A stretch of DNA of 64,000 nt from Oikopleura dioica. Lineage: Eukaryota > Animalia > Chordata. The stretch's first letter is position 1. Every line of letters starts with the position of its first letter. The notes beneath the pieces were generated by a model. The model did no database searches. It was not told the origin of the DNA and saw only the letters and a list, made by a program, of their open reading frames with translations. Positions 55,261 to 64,000 of the stretch are shown piece after piece. The translations under genes and the position numbers were made by a program. The stretch is from contig OU015570.1 in the NCBI GenBank assembly GCA_907165135.1, positions 2,067,929 through 2,131,928 of the forward strand. The letters are read 5' to 3'.

Positions 55261-58200
55261 CTACTGTTTATTATTAAATTTTTTGATTTCTTCTCCAAGC
55301 TCCTTGAAATTGCCAGCGAATTCATTTTGCAAATTTCTCTCGATCGTAGCCATCTTCTGGCGATTTCGACTCGGATCTCTTGTTTTGCTGGAGACGATGC
55401 TGAACAATCGCTCGATTTCTGATGACGACGAATTTATTGAGAGAAGCTGAAATTTACATTAACGAAAATAATAAAACTCTAATCGACTTACATAACCAGT
55501 TATTTTATACAATCTTGGATAATCCATTTTGTTGGTCTCCCAAAAGATCGAATAAGTGACGTTACTGACTGACTCTCGCCTGGGGAGTATTTTCCATTGA
55601 TCTTTAAGAATAGCTTCCAGTCCGGTAGATCCAATTTAGTAAATTTATTGATTTCATCTAAGATGCTATAAGGAAAATAACCGTTATTTTTACTTGCCAT
55701 TAATTCCCTTCGCGGGTGCTGAACGAGAAGCTGAGGCGACTAACGAAGGATCAACATCGACTTCTTGGTCATCCGAATTCTGAGCAGGCATTTCACACAC
55801 GGTCGGTTCATCGCTTATTTTTCCCCAAAGATCTTTTATGTACTGCTTCGCGTCGTTTTGCCAGTTGGCAATTTCTTTTTAGAATTTCGGAATTTTTTCG
55901 AAAAAATAATCCGAGGATTTCTCCATATGCCCGATGAGTTTATATAAATTGCACTTGTGTGTCGGCCAATAGACAAAAACCTCGGCTATTAAATAAAATG
56001 AAGTAATTTTGAAACATGAACATTGATACCTTTCGTAGCGCCCAAGACGCGAGAACTCTCTTTTCCCTCGACTTCTCCAATCGATTCACTAACATAAGCT
56101 TTTCCAGCCATGAAAAACATGAGCTTTATGAAACAGCTGCGAGCGAAAATTTCTTTGTATTCTCTTATTTCGAAATCTTCTTCAAACTCTCCATCCTCAT
56201 TTTTCACGGGAACTGCTAGTTTTTCAAGCTCGATACCAACTTGTTCAAAAGTTGGCAAATTTTCGGTGATCTAAATTATACATGCAAAAATGATAATTGC
56301 AATTGTTCATACTTTTGCATCTGTTCTTTCCATCCTTTTGATATACAGTCAGGGCTTGCAATTTCACTGTTTTTTATTTCGGGATTTTTGCCGAAAACCG
56401 TGTAATTGCGAGCCTCGAAATCTTAAGGCCAAATTGCAATTTTACAAAACTTATGGGGTTTTTTTCGTTCAAAAAAGTAAATTTGGTTGCTTCAATTTTA
56501 CCATGCTGTTATTTTTAGGCTCTAGAAGAGAATATATTCTTTAAATATTCAATAGTTAGTTCATCTACGTGGATAAATATTAAAATGCCTTGTTTTTGAA
56601 AATGCAAAAATTTTGGGATTTCCGCCAAAAACCGTGTAATTGCAAGGCCAGAAATTGCGAGCCCTGACTGTATTTCATAATGCAACTCAAAATCGAGTGA
56701 AGAGCCGCGCATTTTTCGATCGCAGGAATTCCATGGGACAAATTCTTAAGAACAGGTGAAGATTGTGTCATTTTAAGACTAGAGAGGGTCATTTTCAGAC
56801 TAGGAAGAGTCATATGCGACTATTTTCACCCATTTCCTGTATCAAATATCGCTCATTTGATGTTGCAGAGTCCATCGAAAGAAGTTGATTTGACCAGGAG
56901 AGAACCAAGCGCAAATGCGTCGTTAAGGATGTAAATCGTATCAGATGCGACGGGCCGGGTAAGGGATATGAGGGTTTGATCTTGTGTGCACTTTCCTCTG
57001 ACAATGTAGAGTCAGGCTGCTCCAGTTTGATCATTTTTAATGAATCCGCGGGGGTTGGGACCAAATCGTAAAAATAGTCCCCAAGGGATTGGGGGCTTCC
57101 TTTTGGTTTTTTAGGGCGTCTATATATATGAAATTAAGAGAAAATATGTTAAAAACATACCGAGAGAAGCTTTGGAAATGCCTTTTTCGCTTCTTGGATG
57201 AAAGATTTGATCGAGTCAATAAATGATGAATCTAGATGAAAAAACTTTTCAGCTAGTTCTATCGCTGCCTTTGCAATAAGACTGAAACAAGAGTTCGTAA
57301 ACAATTACTTTTGTTCAAAATTTCATTTCTATGCGAAAAAGCCCTTTTTCTATGCGAAAAATTCCTTTTTCTATACGTAAAAAGTCCTTTTTCGATAAGA
57401 CAAAGACCCGCAAATTGATTTGAACTCGACCTTAAAGAGTGACACATGCAGATATTACTTAGCATGCTCATGTTTCTAACCGACCAGTGACACTGCAAAT
57501 CTGATGTTATCGCAATTTTTGTGGCGTCCAATGAGAATTTCTAATTGAAAAATAAGAAAAGATTTTCTTTCATTTTTACCTCGAGAGTTTGCTCAAAAAT
57601 TGGAATTGATTCTGCGCTACCAGTTGAATCGACAGCTTCGAAAATAAGAGGATAAACCACCGTCACAGATCCAAGAGTCGGAGTAAGGGCAATGCAGTAC
57701 GCTTGATCTTGAAAGTCACTTGTTTTGTTTATCGTCGCTTTGTGATCAACTTGTAGTCCACAGTGACCCTTTTCAATAAAAATGGCACATTTTCCGAAAT
57801 ATAGACCACCATTTCTTCCGCGGCGATATTGGCTTCTTTGGCAATAAAGTACCGAGATGATTTGAGTTTGATTGCCTCTTATGGATCAAATCCAAGTGAT
57901 TCAAGAAGAATTTCATCTCTTTTTGACACGATGTCACTTTATTTTTCATGAACATAAAATTTTATGAATACAAGTCTTACCAATCAAAATAGCTCTGGCT
58001 GAGATTTTTAGCGCTAACAAGATAGGAATTGTATTTTTTTATTCTTGTAACAGCGGCCTCGGGAATTTGTTTCGTATTTTTCTTCGTCTTGGCGGCGGTG
58101 AAAGGATCCGAAAAGACCAATTCATGGTTACGCGTGATATGAATTTTTACTAAAAGTTTTTTTTGTTCGAAAAATACGCAGTTTACATTTATCGCGGCTT

Positions 58201-58430
58201 ACTAGGGTTCCTCCACCTTTGCATATGAACTCTGAGTTCTTAGATTTACAGTCGCCTTCGCAGCGGGCGTATCCACTGTAATCGCCATTTTCTTTGAAGC
58301 CGAAAAGGAATCCTTTAATATTCCAACCTTCGTATTCATCGAGTACTTTCTGTACTCGGAGAAGAGTCTTATTATCTTTCGCCTTTGCAAATTGAACTGA
58401 CAAATTCTCTACTCTTTTGCGTTTTGCCAT
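55261..58430 (-). pseudogene. hAT transposase, multi-exon, interrupted by a MITE
   Basis: BED-like N-terminus (YARCEGDC), IAITSD, LIRFTSL, C-terminal LLSINSSSSEIERLFS dimerisation motif. Confidence 0.85.
56346..56670. mobile_element. Tc1/mariner-type MITE (TA TSD), copy 2
   Basis: Same TIRs and interior as 46517-46840, inverted. Confidence 0.92.
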
Positions 58431-59408
58431 ATTTAGCTTTTAAGAACTCGCCCGCGGCAAAAACAAAAAAGTGATATCTAGAATAATTTTGGCTATATTG
58501 ATCTCGAAACTTTTTCACTTTTTCAATGGTGGTGGTGGGGTGATTTTTTCACCATCACTTTTTCAGTGGTGGTGGTGGGGTGATTTTACACCATCACTTT
58601 TTCAGTGGTGGTGGTGGGGTGATTTTTCAAAATCACCATTTTTCGGTGGTGGTGGTGGGGTGATTTTTCCACCACGGATCACCCCACCATTTTGCTGTGG
58701 TGGGGTGAAAATGGTGTGGTGATTTACATCCCTGGATGGGAGACAATTCGTTGAATCATTATCAGCCTGATTGCGGGATAGAATCAAGAACTGTTTGCAG
58801 GCTTCAAAGAACGTATGTCGATTGTCAGTTCTATGCTTTGGAAGGGTTTCCGAAAAATAACGTTGAGTATTATTTTGAGCTAAAAGAGTACTGCTTTTTG
58901 AGACTATTCGGATACAATATACGGAATTTTGGAGCGAAAATTACGGTTTATCCTATTTGATTGAAGAAAACATAATTTTTTCATGATTTTAGCAGCATTG
59001 AAACTTGTGAGATGTGTGTCGGCCGGTCGCGTGCTCAATTGATAAGTTATCTATACCCAAATCTGAATCGTGTTACAACAGCTCAACTGGCAATCTATGT
59101 TATAAGTCAAAATTTTCCTACACAAAATTTGGCCGGTTTTCGTCGAAATAAACTGATATTTGAGGCAGAAAACGGATTGAGTTGGCCCACTCAAAAATTG
59201 ACCTTGAATTGGTCAATAAAGATACATCTGCATAAAAATTTAAAATCAACCTTTTTACTCACCTTTATATTTGTGACCGTAAATATGGGTTTGGATTATT
59301 CCCATATGTAAAAAATGTACATATGATATGTACATTTTTTATCATCATTATATGTTGGGTCCACGCTCAAAAGATAAATTTTTTTAAATACAGTGTGAAG
59401 CACTTTAA

Positions 59409-59795
59409 GGGTAATGGTAATGTATCGGCGCGGCGCTGCTCGCTCGACCCGCGCTCCGCCAGAACCTATTTCTCACGAAGCCGCAAAATCTGAACGGATA
59501 AAGATTTTTCGAAATTCAAAAGATTCTGAATAATCAAGACAGTCTAATTTTCAAAAATTTTGGATGAGAAATATCGAAGAAAATGTCGTTTGAAGGAAAG
59601 TGGCAATTTTTAGATAGTTTCTCTTTGACAATCATTATCATTTTTGCTTTGTTAATAGAAGTGACTTTGATTATTCAGAATCTTTTTGAATTTTGAAAAA
59701 TCTTTATCCGTTCAGATTTTACGGCTTCGTGAGAAATAGGTTCTGGCGGAGCGCGGATCGAGCGAGCAGCGCCGCGCCGATGTATACCATTACCC
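59409..59795. mobile_element. Palindromic MITE (gggtaatggta...taccattaccc)
   Basis: ~130-bp inverted arms; TTAA on the left only; sits in a repeat also seen near 60343. Confidence 0.8.
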
Positions 59796-60234
59796 GCCGA
59801 TTTTCGGATGACATCGAATTTCAAAAGTGGCCTTAAAATGGATATTTTTTGTCTCGAGTCAGATGACAACAAATTTTTTCCTTTCTTGGGAATAAAAGAT
59901 AAATGAGGGTTCATAAAATTATTTGGAACTTAACTTTCTTTCACTGTTTTTGGAATATACTTTCAACTTATTTCCTAAAGAATAGAAATAGTGTTATTTT
60001 TTTCGCCCGACCTAAGTATGAATTGCAGCCTTTTTCAGAATATGTCCTTTAAATTGAACTCAATTCTGATTCTTTCTCTCCTTTTTTTAAATTATATTCT
60101 TAAAGCATGTCTTAAAAAAGAATCAACATGGCAAATGCTTAGAAAGAAGATATGAAGAGATTCTAGTGAAGACGTCAAAGAAAAGTGACGTGAAGAAGAC
60201 AATTGCTGAGCTTTTTCGAAAGAAAAATGGTTAA

Positions 60235-60762
60235 CCCTAGCCGGCCAAAAATGGTTTATCTCGGGTACCGGTCAAAGTACTCCATATTTGGCGCCAAGGA
60301 TTTACCTGCAAATAAGACTATACGAATGATAAATCTCAAATAACAGTGTGAAGCACTTTTAAGGCCGATTTTCGGATGACCGCGAATTTCAAAAGTGGCC
60401 TTAAAATTCTGTTCTCGAAATTCGGAATTTTTTGAGAAAATGGTCAATTTAGCATATTTTGTCGAAAGCTGTTAAAAACTACCTGCTAATTTGACCATAC
60501 CCACTGTACCTGCAAAAGACTCTCTTAACGCTCTTAAATTGGAATTTTCGCAGATAACATAATTTGCAAAATGTTGGCGAAAACGCTCTTAAATTGGGCG
60601 CTCTTAAAATGGAAAACCACGGTATACAAATGATAAATCTCAAATTATATGGTCTTGGGGAAATAGATTAAACCCTGGAAATTATACGTTAAATATTGGA
60701 AATGAGTAAAAACCTGCTCCATATTTGGACTCCAAATTTTGGAGTACCTTGACCGGCTAGGG
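60235..60762. mobile_element. piggyBac-like MITE, degraded or nested
   Basis: ttaa|ccctagccgg ... ccggctaggg|ttca. Confidence 0.55.
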
Positions 60763-60945
60763 TTCAGACATTCCTGTGCGTATTTTTACACGGCTATATA
60801 ATGATTATAGATTGAAACAATTGGAATCAAAATCTAAGTGAAAATTCAAACAAGACCGTAAGAAATCATCGTTAATTGAAAAAGTCGAGAAAAAACATCG
60901 AAAAATACCAAAAAGAAAAATAAAGATAAAAACACAAGGCATCAG

Positions 60946-61473
60946 GGGAGCGCGTCTGTTCAGGCGTTTTTGCGATTTGCATCCTTTTAGGCGTTGCGTC
61001 AGTTAAGGCACTGAAAATGACTAGTGGAAATCTGATATCAAGTAGGGTCTGCTAGATTTCCTCGATTGTTACTATCCTTGAAATTGTTCTTATTTCAACT
61101 TCAAGTTTTATTTGAAATTTTGAAATAGATCTGAAAAACTTAGTAAAATTACAATGTCGAATTAAATTTTTCTTAATAATAAGTTCATTCTATCACGAAA
61201 AACTTCAAATTCAATTATAAAACTGCGGTCCAGGTTGACATGCTTAATATAATAACAGTAATTGAGTATAAATTTTTTTCTTATGAAAATGTTAACCCTA
61301 ATACTAACTCTAAGAATTGGGAAGGTAATGGTTAATCAAGAAAGTCAAGCAGACCCTACTTGATATCAGAATTCCACTAGTCATTTTTCAGCGCCTGAAA
61401 AGACGCAGCGCCTGAAAAGACGCAACGCCTTAAAGGATGCAAATCGCAAAAACGCCTGAACAGACGCGCTCCC
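60946..61473. mobile_element. MITE with ~100-bp TIRs and a 15-bp flanking duplication
   Basis: gggagcgcgtctgttcaggcg ... cgcctgaacagacgcgctccc; aaacacaaggcatca at 60930-60944 and 61474-61488. Confidence 0.85.
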
Positions 61474-63608
61474 AAACACAAGGCATCACGCAGTCGAAGA
61501 CAGAAAGCTTTTTCAAGTGACACTGTAACTTTCGGATTTTGAACTGAAATTGAAGGGAACGTGGCCTTAAAGTGGATTTTTAAGGATGACAGATTTTCGG
61601 AATTTTTCGAAAAAGTGGCCTTAAAAGGGTCGGCCTTAAAAGTACTTCAAATTCTTTTAAATTTGAACGACTTTTAACTATCATAAATTTATGATGTGTA
61701 TTCTTACGGGATTAAAAGATAATATCAAGAAAGATTTCATAAATATTAAATGATTTTGTTTTGAGGGTAACTTCACTTAAAATAACCGTGAGCGAGCGCG
61801 AGCAAAGGTTCTAGAAATCAACGTGAGTGAGTCAGCATGAGGGTAGAGATTAAACAGGTTATCCCTGATAATATACTGGCAAAGACTGCTTTCCTAATGA
61901 CTGGTATGGGCCGATGGCTAACAGGTGTCTGACTTGCTGATATACTTGCTAATTGATAAGAATGAATCCACCTACTCTGAAGAACTTCTCTGAGAGAATT
62001 TTCGATTAAAAGAACTTTGGTATCATGATGGGAACACTATTATTGAACAAAAAAAGTATTTTTCAGCAAATATTTTTAATAAAATCATGATAAACCTAAT
62101 GTGGTGCAGAGCTTTCATAGAGAATGCACCATATATGGTGTTCTTGGCGGGTACCCCAGAAAATCCACTTTTGGCGGGCTAAGGTTAAATCTCATTATTT
62201 TCAAAGAAAATGTAAGATTTTCGATAAGAAAAAACGCCACATCTGGCAAAAAAGGAGAAATATAAAATTTTGGCGCAGAAAATGTCCAAAAACTCGATAC
62301 AGGCACTTTTGAAAGGTGTCCCAAGAAAACCCCTTAAAATTGCAAAAATGTCCAAAAATTTGATGTCCAAAAATTCCATAAAAAACTGTAGTAAATTTAC
62401 ACTTGATTTATTGAATGTTAATATCTATTGAACAGTTGGGTGGAGTCAGTGAAGTTATCATTTTCGTCGCTTAGTCTTCGTCGGTGAGCGTCCTGCTCAC
62501 GAGCGGCTGCGCGCCATTTTTTGGATCGTAATTGTTCATTCTCTATCCAACCCCCTTCTAGTTCTTTTGAAACACTGTTCTTGTGGCTTTAGTAATCGAT
62601 TCTGGGTTTGTTGGATAGTTCGTTCGTTCAGCTTTGAAAATTTTGTTTGGTTTACCTTCTCCTCCCTCCAAAGAAAAATAAATTTAATAGTTTTGCAAGA
62701 AAAATGTTTAGACTAAGTTTAAATAATACGCCAAGAATAATTATGAACAAATCAGAAAATACAAGTTTTCAATAAAAGTTTACAAGTGAAATAAGAAATT
62801 GAGCGTAAATGAAGAGCAGTTAAAATTTATAAAAATACAGCAATGAAGTTTGCCTTTTAAAAAAAATTTTCAGTCTTATAAATTATACAGTAGATATTTT
62901 TGCGACCATTTTGTCGATCTTTTTGTAGTTTTTGAATATTTTTTTGTTCACTAAAGTTTTCAATTTTGTAATTTTTATGTGGAAGGATTCCTCCTTTTTT
63001 GGAATATAAATTTCACAGAGCATTATATACATAAAAATAATTTCTTTACATAAAAAATGTCAGGGGCAGCTTAGTTATCGAGCACAATTTCAATAAAAAT
63101 GTGTTGTGGTTCACGAAAAAGCCGATCCTGATTCTATCTTGTTTTCATGTTTTTCTCGCGCAACGTATTTATGCGGAGCGCGCTGCCACTTTTACACACT
63201 TCGTTCTCGCCGCTCCTCGGAGCACTACAAAATATACCAGTTCTTTTTCCTACACAAGACCGTGTTCAGTTTTTGCAGCTTATTCGAGAGCCAACATAAA
63301 ATGGTACCAGGAACTTGCTAGAACCCTCGCCCTCAACTCCGTCTACTTAAATTTTTTATTGTTGGAATCTCGCCTATTCTTTGCTGGTAGAGAACGAACG
63401 TCACCTGGCCACCTCTGGACATCCCCGCCGTTATTTTCTTGCGCTCAACGTTGGCTACGACAACAACGACCCTACTTATTAGCTGGCGCATGAATCAAAC
63501 CGCGTACGCGCGTCACTCTTTAACCGTGCCGGTTTACCGGCCACACAAAGAGTGCCCACCAAAGGTAGTTTAACCCGCTGAGCCACTTACCTCGATTTTT
63601 CGCTCATC

Positions 63609-64000
63609 ATGACCGACCTGGAAATGCTGAAAAAATGGTCGGAGGAAGTCGAAGCAAAGCTAACCACCCTGACCGTTGGTTCCGCCCATCACACGACCAA
63701 CCGAGAACTGCTAACAGCCCTGAAAGCCAAAGTCATCGCCGCGCTAAAACCCGCTCCAGTCTCCAACGCCAAATCTTCCAACGGCGATCTCACTCGCGAT
63801 CAAATGGCATCTCTGCGTTCGTCCGAGTCCGCGCTCTCGACACTCGAGTTCACCGGCCGCCATTTTGATCGCACTACACAATTTCTCGTGCTTGTCGACA
63901 AGATATACGACACGTACATCGACTCCGACGCCACACTCGAAGCTACCTTCGTCAAGCAAGTTAAAATGCTGAAAATCTTGCTGAAAATCCCTACGCCCGA
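63609..64000 (+). CDS. gag: Gypsy-type Gag, N-terminal part, open to the window end
   Basis: Hand translation MTDLEMLKKW...TTQFLVLVDKIYDTYIDSDATLEATFVKQV matches the pattern of FNTFLGRADIYHRAYVRDRPSREQPFIAAV in the 49080-53438 Gag; PBS-like TGGCGCA at 63484; probable LTR upstream with unclear boundaries. Confidence 0.7.
   Translation, partial: MTDLEMLKKWSEEVEAKLTTLTVGSAHHTTNRELLTALKAKVIAALKPAPVSNAKSSNGDLTRDQMASLRSSESALSTLEFTGRHFDRTTQFLVLVDKIYDTYIDSDATLEATFVKQVKMLKILLKIPTP

Larger units (their letters stand above)
54940..58734 (-). mobile_element. hAT DNA transposon
   Basis: TIR cagggatgtaaatcaccac; 8-bp TSD gatgggag (54932-54939, 58735-58742); subterminal ggtggtggtggggtgatttt arrays at both ends. 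Confidence 0.95.

Noticed and set aside
1-64000. tRNA/rRNA genes or ordinary host genes
   Set aside because: None recognised; tRNA similarity is limited to primer binding sites.

Overview
Eukaryotic DNA made almost entirely of nested mobile elements. Introns are 35-65 nt, some with apparent GA/GG donors, and the LTR elements resemble Tor; this suggests a larvacean tunicate such as Oikopleura (inference). (1) 1-~21.5 kb: part of a large Polinton/Maverick (adintovirus-like) element. It has a hexon-like major capsid gene and a protein-primed PolB, each with a short spliceosomal intron. It also has two tiny overlapping ORFs (one Arg-rich, one hydrophobic) and ~12 kb of minus-strand multi-exon orphan genes, several of them membrane or glycoprotein-like. 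(2) 21731-46287: a palindromic TTAA-flanked MITE split by a 23.8 kb LTR element (22020-45788). That element has apparently identical 338-bp LTRs, a CTAG TSD, a gag-like ORF, a tandem RING-H2 gene and no pol. (3) Inside it, 25289-39662: a 14.4 kb DNA transposon with ~600-bp TIRs. Its main intron-rich gene (27225-36584), reconstructed by hand, reads as signal peptide, class-I-fusion (F/Env-like) ectodomain with furin site, TM, zinc fingers, Sola2-like transposase, then Ulp1-type protease. This is the most unusual object in the window. (4) 47724-54209: near-intact Ty3/Gypsy element. (5) 54940-58734: hAT transposon. (6) Many MITEs and the start of another Gypsy-type gag at the right edge. Many frameshifts fall in homopolymer runs and may be assembly errors. 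All homology calls are motif recognition by eye, not database results.
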